A stretch of DNA of 64,000 nucleotides from Eledone cirrhosa (lineage: Eukaryota), in contig OZ024743.1 of the NCBI GenBank assembly GCA_964016885.1, positions 283,774,001 through 283,838,000 on the forward strand, read 5' to 3'. A program made the position numbers and the translations under genes. The notes under the pieces are model-generated. The model was not told where the DNA came from, searched no databases, and saw only the letters and a list, made by a program, of their open reading frames with translations. Shown here in pieces: positions 13,761 to 25,124 of this stretch (the stretch's first letter is position 1; every line of letters starts with the position of its first letter).

Positions 13761-14199
13761 TTTTAATTCTCTCTTCATTTTAAAGGTATATTGATGTGTC
13801 ACATTCACACAACTACTAATTGGTTCTATTAACCATTCATAATTTTTTATTAATGTAATTTTTGTATACATTTAATTATATCAATTCTATGCAAATAAAT
13901 ATTATATCTATGATATTTTTCATCCTAATTTGATATAATTTTTCTATATCACAAACTTTATGCTGTTTTCAAATGTCAAACAAAACCTTTAGTGTGTGTT
14001 GTTTAACTAGCAATTTCTTGTAACTCTCCCACAAAATTGTGATCTCTAACAGGAAAGTACTGAAAATTAATAACCTGAACTTCTCATATACGCACACAAT
14101 CAGTCCTTGTGGCCCACAAAGGTGGAAGTACTCAATATGTGAGTAAATATAAAGGTTCATTTATTCATTTTCTTACAACAAAACTACAACATCAACAAC

Positions 14200-14420
14200 A
14201 TTTACAGAGTGGACTGGGTGTTTTTTTTATCATGGCACCAAAATGACCACTTTACAGTGTGGACTGGCCACTTTATTGTCATGACACCTACATGACTACT
14301 TCACAGTGTGGACTGGGCACTTTATTGTCATGACATCAACATAACCACTTAACAGTGTGGACTAGGTACTTTATTGTCATGAGACCAACATGACCACTTT
14401 ATAATGTGGACTGGATGCTG
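14200..14420 (-). repeat. ~44-bp tandem array derived from the RTE 3' UTR (about 5 units)
   Basis: acagtgtggactgg...tttattgtcatgacaccaacatgaccactt repeated. Confidence 0.7.
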
Positions 14421-15530
14421 GGTTGGGAGAGGTGCATGTATGTAGAGTGGGGATTGGAGAGGTAGGTCATGGGTGGGGCACATATCTGGTGAAAGATTGG
14501 GTGTTAGAATGTGGGTGAAGGGTGGAGTGTTAGGACATGGGAAGTATGTGGAAAGGACAGGAGGAGTGGTGCATACTAGAGACCACTAGATGTATGCTTC
14601 AACCCATGCACATGGGAAAGCAGGTCTTCTGCAGTACTGCTAATGCAAGAGATGGTAACCAATAATGGTAACAGGACTTGAAGTTGATCTAAAATTGAGA
14701 TTATGTTGAAAAGTTAAGTGATAGAGTGTGAATATAAATTAAAGTGAAAAAATAACCCTATCGTAACCATATTTTTAATGAATGACACAACTAATAATTT
14801 TCAAATAATTTTGAAAATAATCAAGAGTTTAGAAGGATTTAGTGATACAACTAACTTTATCATTATACTACATTTTTAGCTATCCCACATACTTATTCAC
14901 ATCACGTAGGCAAAACTGAAGCTTTCATTACAGGCGATATGGCGTGTGTCTATAATTTCTCAGACAACATTTTTATTCATTTTTGTAATATATATATAAA
15001 CAGAATATTGTGAAGGAGAATGAAAACACACTTATCAACATTGTTTAATTTTTACAAAACGTTTCATATAGAAAAATATTCTAATGGTGCAATTTAAAAA
15101 TAGAATGAAATATAATATATCTTTCTGTACTCTCCTATGAGTTTGTGATATAATATTTTTATTTTTGATATATATATAGACATATATACACCCTATTCTA
15201 TCATTTTGTTAAAATAATAACAGAATTCGAAATAAATAAACAGTACATAAATTCATTCACTACAATCTAACAGAAGTCTGATGAGCTTTTGATTCCAGAG
15301 TTCAAGGTTTGATAGAGATCGAACTTTGAACTGATCAATCGTGAAACGCGCATCCCACCTGAATAAACTTAATAAAATACTTATTATAATAATATATATA
15401 AAGCACCAGTAATGCACTGGGATAATTGCTGGCCTTGTGCCAAAAGTAGAAACAATTATTATTATATATATATATACTATATATATTATATATATAGTAT
15501 ATATATATATTATAATAATTGTTTATATAT

Positions 15531-15832
15531 GGAGACACATGGCTTAGTGGTTAGAGCATTGGCCTTGCAATCGAAAGGTTGTGAGTTCAATTCTCAGACC
15601 GGGTGATGTGTTGTTTCCTTGAGCAAGACACTTTATTTCACATTTCTCCAGTTTACTCAGCTGTAGAAATGAGATGATAGGGACTAGGGTCCATATCATT
15701 CCACTGCAAAGTGGTCGTGGAGGTGCCACGGCAAAAAAGCACCAGCTGTAGAAATCAAGCCAGAATCAGTTCCCGTCCCACCCTTGCAAGCAGGGAAAAG
15801 TGGACGTAAAATGAAATGATGAATGATGATGA
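15531..15832 (+). mobile_element. tRNA-derived SINE with CORE-like middle and RTE-derived tail
   Basis: A-box TGGCTTAGTGG, B-box GAGTTCAATTC, ccttgagcaagacactt central motif, (GAT)n tail; near-identical copy at 55366. Confidence 0.9.
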
Positions 15833-15839
15833 TATATAT

Positions 15840-17065
15840 ATGGAAAAAGCCTTTGACAGAGTCCATTATCTGGTGGGCTCTCAGAAAACTAGGTGTTGAT
15901 GAATGGCTTGTGAGAGCTATACAAGCCATGTATAAAGAAACAGTCAGCAAGGTTAGAATTAACAACGAATATAGTGAAGAGTTTAGCGTAAAAGTTGGTG
16001 TTCATCAGGGCTCCTATCTATTATTGCCCTTCAGGCTACATCAGAGGAGTTCAAGACCGGCTGCCCATGGGAACTTCTATACTCAGATGACCTAATGCTC
16101 ATAGCTGAATCGATGGCTGAACTAGAGAAGAAATTCCAAACATGGACGCATGGCCTAGAATCAAAAGGCCTTAAAATTAACTTGTCTAAGACTAAAGTGC
16201 TAGTATGTAGGAAGGAAAATAGGGCACTGGTCCCCTCTGGCCATGCTCAATGTGTAGGAAAGGAGTAGGCAGAAACACCATTTTATGTCCTAAATGCAAA
16301 GTGCATAAAAGATGTAGTGGGATCACAGGTAAGCTAACTAAGAACATAGATTTTATATGTGGCCGGTGCTCTGGTGCAATAAGTAGCAGCAAGTGCCCAC
16401 AGAGTACTAGCTCCTTCCATTGCCCAGATGGTTCTATAGAAATAGTGGACACTTTCCGTTACCTGGGTGACACAATCAGCAGTGGTGGTGGGTGCACTGA
16501 AAATACAGTAGCTAGAGTCAGAACGGATGGAAAAAGTTCAGAGAGCTTATACCACTATTGGCCACTAAAGGTTTCTCTCTAAAAATGAAAGGCAGACTGT
16601 ATGATGCTTGCATACGAACAGCAATGTTACATGGCAGTGAGACATGGACATTATGTGCAGAGGATCTACGCAGACTGGAGAGGAACGAAGCTTGCATGCT
16701 CTGTTGGATGTGTAATAGTAATATATGTGAACGGGAAAGCATAAATGAACTAACTGAGAAATTAGGAATAAGAGGGATCAGATATTGTTTACTCGAGAGA
16801 AGACTACGTTGGTATGGTCACGTGATGCGTATGAACGATGACAGCTGTATAAAAAAGTGCAGAGTGATAAAAATAGACGGTAGCTACAGAATAGGCAGAC
16901 CCAGAAAAACTTGGGACGATTTGATAAATTCCGACCTTACACACTTACACCTCTCCAAGACAATGTCACTGGACCGAGATCTTTGGCGCTACACAGTAAT
17001 ACAGAAGACCCACCTTGCCTAGGTACAAAGCGAAACCTACAGTCAGTAGGCACCTCTTAACCAAA
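15840..17065 (+). mobile_element. RTE LINE fragment (RT-PHD-C-terminus), frameshifted
   Basis: IIWWALRKLGVDEWLV, CRKGVGRNTILCPKC, MLHGSETW, RRLRWYGHVMRM, GRPRKTW; same subfamily as 33110-35012. Confidence 0.92.
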
Positions 17066-17860
17066 ATAACTCAGAACATATAGGGGCGTAACTCTATGCT
17101 GCAAAGCATGGCGCCCGACCTTCTACTGATACTGCCAATCCACATAATTATAGTGAAAAAGTGTTAGATAAATATAAGCACATTAAAATAACATTTTTCA
17201 TCATAAAACCAAGTGCGGTTTCATGTAGTTTGGTATCAAAAGGGATATATCATAATCATCCTCATTATTGTTTCAATGTCTGGTATGTATTGGATGTGTC
17301 TACAGTATGGAAAATTGTGTTATTTCATCTTTAAGACCCAACATCTCAAAAATTGACCTATTACTTCCTCCCATATGTTCTACACTCCTCTTTTGTTACT
17401 AGCATCTTCCACTGTTAACACATGGCTTGTTTTTATTCAGCTGCTCACTAATTGTGTGTCCATAACATTACAATTAACTCTCCTGCATATATGAGCAGAT
17501 GCCTTAACCCTTTCAATACCATATTTCTAATGAAAATCACTGCCTATAATTTTCAAATTATTTTGAAAATAATCATGAATTTGGAGGAATTTAGTAATAT
17601 AACTCATTTTAAGCTGGTGTTTGGAGAATAACTTAACAAAAATTCTTACATAAAATAATGCTGGAAGGTTTCTAGATAAATATAAAACAAAGGGCTACAT
17701 ATTGTAGCTTCAGAACACTTTCAGGAAAAATGTACAATTTGTCAATGTTTGCATATTTAAACAAAAAAAGAGAGAATAAGAAAAAAAAAATAACATTCAA
17801 TAGCGAAAGTAAGGGAAAGAGGAGGCAAGCGGCAGACTCTACATCCCAGTCTAGGGCATA

Positions 17861-18059
17861 TATGAGGGTTGGATAAAAAGTTCATAGGCTGACCAAGATA
17901 CTCTCATGGAATGACCAAATAAGGTTTATTTTTCAACATAGTCCCTGGAATGAAGCAATGCAGTTATTAATAAGAGTTGAAATTAATGCATGCAAGATTT
18001 CACAGTGCTAGCATCACTCCTTGATAGTCAATGTATGAATTTTTCAACTGATTCGCATA
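17861..18059. mobile_element. Mariner-like MITE
   Basis: TA-flanked imperfect TIRs tatgagggttggataaaaagttcat / atgaatttttcaactgattcgcata. Confidence 0.5.
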
Positions 18060-18194
18060 TATGACCTGTAGCAAGCTACTTACCTTTGGCGCATTTGTGG
18101 ACTATTCGTGTGTCATTTGGCTAAGTTAGGCCAATCGTGAGTCGCGCACGGATATATATTTCCAACTTCCGCCTAAACAGAGATTTTCCCACTT

Positions 18195-19331
18195 TCTTTG
18201 ACTGAGAATGAAGAGAGGTAGTCACGGTTCTGGGACAGCATTCCTCACCATATGAGATGTCATCTGGTGTACCACAGGGATCTGTTCTTGGCTCCCTTTT
18301 GTTTGTGGCATATATTAATGACATAGATGCCAACTTAAAGAATGCCACAGTACTAAAGTATGCATATGACATCAAGCTGTACCTTGAGATAAAAAGGACA
18401 GATCCTGAACACTATAGATCTTGCTTGCAGTCTGACCTGGACACAATACAACAATGGATCTCAGACTGGCAACTCAAGCTAGCTGTGGACAAGTGCACCA
18501 CCATGCATTTTGGGAGGAAAAACCCAGCATCCACATACTCCCTCCACAGCACTAATATCAAGAAGTCTTCTTGTGAACGTGACCTGGGCATTACGGTCAG
18601 CAGCGATTTGCGTTGGACGAAGCACGTCTCTAAAATTGTCAAGAGGGCTGAGGGTGTCTTAGCATCACTCAGCAAGACCTTTGTCAGTCGCTCTCCAGCT
18701 ATCTATTTAAGGCTGTACATGGCTATGGTGCGGCCACACTTAGAATTTGCATCACCAGTCTGGAACCCCTATCTTGCTCAGAACATTGACTGCCTGGAAA
18801 CTGTTCAGAGACGTGCAACCAAGCGAATACCCTCCATCAGACATCTACCATACTCTGAACGCCTTGCTTCCCTGGGCATGGATGCATTGAAGCTCCGACG
18901 CCTGGCAACTGACTTGGTAAACACCCAAAAAATTGTTAACCATCTTGCCAACAACAACCCTGAATACCTTTTTGATTTTCATGTGTCTAACACATGTGGA
19001 CATGCCCACAAAGTCAGAAAACAGCACAGCTCCCATGACTTTTGGAAACATTTTTTCACGCTCAGAGTTGCTGAAGCATCGAACAAACTACCTGCGTCAG
19101 TTGTTAGCTATCGAGACACTGCATCCTTTAAAACCTCCATGCTTCCCGAGATTCGCTAACACTACACCTAATGTTCCCCCTCCATACACATACACACATG
19201 TATATCATGACTCATACACTATTCACTTCCCTGAAATTTGTATATTATTCTATGTACTATACATACACCTTTGACGAGTTGTAGTGCACCTGAGCACTTT
19301 ACACAATAATTTCATTATTATTATTATTATT
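18195..19331 (+). mobile_element. 5'-truncated CR1-clade LINE (single 3' end subfamily)
   Basis: ORF 18257-19159: SGVPQGSVLG, KYAYDIK (YADD mutated), ERDLG, LETVQRRATK; (ATT)n tail. Confidence 0.95.
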
Positions 19332-19766
19332 TATACTGTCTCTTGTTGCTTCAATTATGGAAAGGTAAACACCATTTTTCTTTTGCTGTTCGACCACTAG
19401 CCAATATGTAACGACAACAACATAACTACGGCCTGGCCAGCACCTCAGCCAGTACCGTACCTTCTAAACTCTTAATTTATTTATTCCTTTGTTTGGCATG
19501 CCAGCTCAACCTTTGTAATTGGTTTGTAAATAAAATATGTTAAAAACATTGTAAAGTCTTGTGATACTATTACCACAGCCATAGCCTTTAAATGTGATAT
19601 GGAAAGATCCTTTCCAGAGTTATTATCACTGCAGCAACAGAACCTGGGACTTACAGCCGAACCTCAATTCAACTAACATTGCATATAACAAAACCATTAC
19701 ATTTATTGATATAACCAAACCATACCTTTCCTGCTACAACAAAATACATCATTATTATTATTATTG

Positions 19767-19889
19767 TCAAATCCCGCCGAGGTTAACTTTGCCTTTCATC
19801 CTTATGGGGTCGATAAAATAAAGTACCAGTAATCTACTGAGTAATTGCTGGCCTTGTGCCAAAAGTAGAAACAATTATTATTATTATTG
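19767..19889 (+). mobile_element. 5'-truncated (ATT)n-tailed SINE
   Basis: tcaaatcccgccgaggttaactttgcctttcatccttatggggtcgataaaataaagtaccag, a conserved SINE central domain (Meta- or Nin-type; family not resolved). Confidence 0.85.
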
Positions 19890-20138
19890 TCGTTGATATT
19901 ATTATTACATAGCATAATATTATTTTCTGCTAAACTGGTAACAATTAATTAACTGCTATATTGGTGACCCCTGTTGATATAAATATTATCATTATTTTAT
20001 ATCCTGCTAAAGACCTCTCAAACTGTCTTTGGCCCATATCACATCTGTTTGATCTTATTATATGGCGTAAATGAAGTGTCAGAAAAAAGTTGAATTGTTA
20101 ATGTACTCAGAAAGGCAAGATTCCATGATAACAATAAT

Positions 20139-20248
20139 TGTTTCTACTTTTGGCACAAGGCCAGCAATTATCCAGTACATTACTGGTACTTTATTTTATC
20201 GACCCCATAAGGATGAAAGGCAAAGTTGACCTCGGCGGGATTTGAACT
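20139..20248 (-). mobile_element. 5'-truncated (ATT)n-tailed SINE
   Basis: Reverse copy of the 19767 SINE; 15-bp TSD catgataacaataat at 20124-20138 and 20249-20263. Confidence 0.9.
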
Positions 20249-20984
20249 CATGATAACAATAATGGCATGAAGATCTATATGGAACTTCTTTTTTGTCCAC
20301 TTATTCCTGGAAGAGTCATGGGGAACAGAGTTCTCAAGCATGCCTTCCAACAGGTCATGTCAGAAACACCCGTCTCCAATTGAACTGACAATATCCCCAA
20401 GTGAGTCCAGCCGAGCTTATATATGTTAATTGAATTGTAAATAAAGTTCAAGATTTAATCTTTCTTGTTACCAAATTTTGAAGTACCAGAAAGCTCAACA
20501 CACAAATACAGATATGTGTATGGGAAAATATCTATCTCTCTTATGGCAGGCAGCATGCTGTCATACTCTCTTCTTTTTGATTGACATCAGGATTCATGAG
20601 GAGATAGCTGGATGGGGTTGTTATGTTTAAAGATTTGACCGTGCTTTACTGAAATATTTGATGATGCTAATGAAGACGATTCACTTTTCCAGTGTCTAGC
20701 TTTACTATCTTGCTGTGAGTGTTTTGAGTTGCCTCAAACATTTTTAAAGGGAAACTCTTGCATTTCTTGTAATGAATAATTGAGGGTGTGTGCATGCCTT
20801 TTTTTTTTCGGTACCGTTTTTATTTATTTACTTTTTTTTTAAATTTAAACTTTTATTATTCACAGTTGTATAAATAACATTACAAATTGTTTATAAGTCT
20901 TACAAAATGAAAATATAAACATATAATAAATACAATTAATTATTGCTAGGAACCTCACAAACATAAGGCACAAACATTTCTATA

Positions 20985-23900
20985 TAATAATAATAATAAT
21001 AATGAAATTATTGTGTACAGTGCTCAGGTGCACTACAACTCATCAAAGGTGCATGTATAGTACATAGAATAATGTACAAATGTCAAGAAAATGAACAGTG
21101 TATGAGTCATGATATAATAACAATAACAATAATGAAATATTGTGTACAGTGCCCAGGTGCACCACAACTCATCAAAAAAGTGCATGTACAGTACATAGGG
21201 CAATGCACAAACATCAGTAAAATGAACAGTGCACGAGTCATGATACACACATGTGTGCATGTGTATGGAAGGGGTACATCAGGTGTAGTTTTGGCGTATT
21301 TCGGGAAGCATGAGTGTCTTAAAGGATGCAGTGTCTCGGCAGCTAACAATTGACGCAGGCAGTTTGTTCCATGCTTCAGCAACTCTGAGCGTGAAAAAAT
21401 GTCTGCGAAAGTCATGGGAGCTGTGCTGTTTTCTTATCTTGTAGGCATGTCCATGTGTGTTAGACACATGGAGATCAAAGAGGCGCTCAGGGTTGCAGTT
21501 GGCGAGATGGTTAAAAACTTTGTGGGTATTCACCAAGTCCATTGCCAGACGTCGGAGCTTCAATGAATCCATGCCCAGGGAGGCAAGGCGTTCAGAGTAT
21601 GGTAGGTGTCTGATGGAGGGTATGCGCTTGGTTGCACGTCTCTGAGCAGTTTCCAGGAGGTCAATGTTCCGAGCAAGATAGGGGTTCCAGACTGATGATG
21701 CGAATTCCAAGTGTGGTCGCACCATAGCTGTATACAGTTTTAAATAGATGGCTGGAGAGCGGCTAACAAAGGTTTTGCTGAGTGATGCCAAGACACCCTC
21801 GGCCTTCTTGACAATCTTAGAGACATGCTTTGTCCAACGCAAATCGTTGCTGACAGTAATGCCCAGGTCACGTTCACAAGAGGACTTTTTCATGTCAGTG
21901 TTGTGGAGGGAGTATGTGGACGCTGGATTTTTCCTTCCAAAATGCATGGTGGTACACTTGTCCACAGCCAGCTTCAGTTGCCAGTCTGTGATCCATTGCT
22001 GCATTGTGTCCAGTTCTGACTGTAGGAAAGAGTTCTAAATTTCAGGATCAGTCCTTTTGATTTCAAGGTACAGCTTGATGTCATCTGCATATTTTAGTAC
22101 CGTCGCATTCTGTAAGTTGGCATCTATGTCATTAATATATGCCACAAACAAAAGAGGACCAAGAACAGATCCCTGTGGTACACCAGATGACATCTCATAT
22201 GGTGAAGAATGCTGTCCTAGAACCGTGACTACTTCCTTTCGGCTGAGAATGAAGGATTTCAGCCAGTCGAAAAGATCATCCCTCACACCCATTGCAGAGA
22301 GTTTTGCCATAAGTCTTTTGTGTGGCACAGAATTAAAAGCCTTAGCAAAGTCAAGGTAAACAACATCCACCCATGAGCCGCTGTCAGTGATCCGGGTGAT
22401 GTCCTCAAGGAACTCGATAAGCTGATCACAGCAGCTGGAGTTAGGGATAAATCCAAACTGTGAGGGCCGGATGAGGTTGTGAGAGCTCCAGAAGTTCCAA
22501 AGTGTTTCTCTGACACAGGATTCCATCAGTTTGGCCATACAGCTAGTAAGACTGACTGGACGATAGTTGACAGGTGACATGCGGTTGCCCTTTTTGAACA
22601 GGGGAATGACACTGGCAGTTTCCCACTGCTCCGGAGTAGCACCATTGCTGAGACAGTATTGAAAGAAAAAAGAAAGCTGGCGCAAAAGGAAATCCCCGCC
22701 ACGTTTGAGAAGCAGGTATGTCACACCATCAAGACCAGGGGAGGCATAGTTGCGCTTATTCTTAAGGTGACGTCGCAACATTGCAGGTGTAAATTCCTTA
22801 GTTGTTATGGAATTTGATGTTAGAGATGGTGGAGATGCTACATTCTGGTTTTCAACCGTAAAAATACTTGCATAGCACTCAGCAATGAGTTCTGCGCATT
22901 CCTTGGGATCGTCAGTGATCTGGCTTGTGTGAGGATTGCGAAGAGGACCAACTGGAGAGTGAGGTCTCTGCTTTGAATGAACATATTTCCAGAACACCTT
23001 ACTGTCAGGATTGGTTGCGATGCACTGTTCAAATTCAAGCACTGCCTTCTTTGTCACTTGCTTGAGATGGTTAGAAGATTTATTCCGCTTTTTTTTGTTG
23101 GCATCTGATCTATGCAGTTTATATTCCCGTTCAGCGTTCCGACGTTCTTTCCTGGCAAGTCGGACCGCTGAAGTTTCCCAGATTGCACTTTTGGGGTGGT
23201 TATTTTTCCACTTCCGTGGCACTGATGCTGCACACGCTATCCATATTGAGTCCAGGATGCTCTGGAGTATAGAGTTCACATCTCCAGAGTTATACATCTC
23301 ATGCCAGTTTAGGCGCTGTAGCTCAGTGCAGTACAAGTTCCAATCCGCCCTCTTCCAATCAAAGCAAGCAGATTGGAGATGGCTCTGGTTTTTGTTGCTG
23401 CCCTCAAGTGCCAGATTGGCAATGATCATAGCATGATCAGAGTCGCCTAGAGGTTCCTCAGTAGTACAACTGATAACCACTTCAGGAGTAGTGGTGAAGA
23501 TCAGGTCCAAAGTGTTGTCACCTCTTGTTGGAGAGGTGACTACTTGTGACCAGTTTGAGTCCAGCACTAGTTCAAGGAAATCGTTTGCACCCTGTGGCCA
23601 ACGAAAGGTTTCCCAATCGATCTCAGGATGATTGAAGTCACCTGCAATAAACACATAAGTGGCTGTTTTCTTGGCAGCAACTCTGAGGATATCGCAAAGC
23701 TGTGTGTCCTGATGGTAGTTTGGGGGGGGGGGGGGGGGGGGCGATAAACAACACCAAGCAGAAGTGTTGACATGGTCATACGTATGTCACAGAAAAAAAC
23801 TTCTTCCTGTGATTCGTTCAAATCAACGCAAGGAATTACCGAAAAGTTTGAACGAACATAGACCATCACACCACCACCACGGCGGTTAATACGGTCCTTG

Positions 23901-25005
23901 CGGAAACGGTTGTACCCAGTAATGGTGAAAACCCCATCACAGAGTAAGGAATGTGCCCATGTTTCCGTGACTGTGATGAAGTCAGGGTCGATGCTTCTGA
24001 CGTAGGATTCGAACAGATGTATCTTGTTGCATAAACTGCGAGCATTTAAGGACAACAATTTGTACCCTGCTCGCAGTTTATGATGGTGTGTAGAGGGTGG
24101 CAGGTTGTTCTGGTTTAGTTTCCCAGAGTTGTAGCAGTTTTTACATTGCCAGTTATTGTGGGTAGATCACACTCAGACCAGCTGGTATCTCTCTTCCACG
24201 TTTCACCAGCCTTGACAAACCTCCAGATCTGCCCATCATCACGCAGACTGAAACTTTCATCTTGTGCTGAGTTCCGATTCAAGGAAGCTGCAGCACGTAG
24301 TTTTGGATGTACATGGGGTGGTAGGCCTGGGCGTGTTCGGAAGGTAATCCGATTTTCACGCCCAGCTTTAGCAGAGGCCAGATGATATGAGGTTGCCTCT
24401 GCGGGGTCCGAGAAAGACAGCCTGATGAGTCTGGGTTTTGGACCAGGTCGACCAAGGCGGAGGGCACCCTTTGGGGAACACAGCCTAGGTCTTTGGCTGA
24501 GCTGGCAGCAAATGCCTGAAGATCAGCCTTGTCCTCTGGTACCCCAATGGCAATCACTTCATGGGTAGCAGATTCCGCAGTCTTTTCAGCAAGAGGTACA
24601 GGGAGATTCTTTAGCAAGGCATTCCGATAAGACCCCTCATTGTGGGGTCCTACCCGAATGCTTGCCTCTATTCCTGCAACTTCCCTTCTCAGAGCAGAAA
24701 TCATTAGTTGCAGTTCCGCAAAATCTGTACTGGTCGGTTGTTGTTGTTGTTGTTGTTGTTGCTGCTGCTGCTGTCGTTGTTGGTGATGATGATGTTCCTC
24801 CACGGGAATGGCAGGGGAGGACACAGTCGCAGGTTGTTGCTGTTGTTGTTGTTGGTGATGATGATGTTCCTCCACGGGAATGGTAGGGGAAGACACAGTC
24901 ACCAGTTGTTGGTGTCGAGATGTACTGGGATATATGATGAAAGCGAGAAAAAAATAAAAACAGCCATAAATTCACCACCAAGTGCGACAATCGGCCGCCC
25001 ACCAC
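20985..25005 (-). mobile_element. Near full-length CR1-clade LINE (ORF1 + APE-RT ORF2), inactivated
   Basis: APE (LNARSL, TETW, GDFN, SDH) and RT (YLDFAKAF, VPQGSVLGP, KYADD); lesions are a 1-bp ORF1 frameshift near 24475, a G20 run at 23722-23741 and a TAG stop near 22035; duplicated 3' end; (ATT)n tail; 5' boundary approximate. Confidence 0.95.
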
Positions 25006-25124
25006 ATTTGTTTTTATATATGTATACATTTGAAACTATTGTGAATTAAACCCTTAGGAATATTTAAAAAAAAAAAGAAGAAAACAAAACTTCAGAGAAT
25101 TCTAAGTGAGAGAATGAGAAGTGA

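Noticed and set aside
15531-15605. tRNA gene (also at 55366)
   Set aside because: Has A and B boxes but continues into a SINE body and LINE-derived tail; it is a SINE head.
18077-18095. Resemblance to the U1 snRNA 5' end (tacttacct)
   Set aside because: Similarity stops after about 9 nt, with no U1 stem-loops or Sm site; it is simply the complement of a splice donor.
24708-25049. Poly-Leu membrane-protein-like ORF
   Set aside because: Antisense reading of the LINE CAA/CAG tract.
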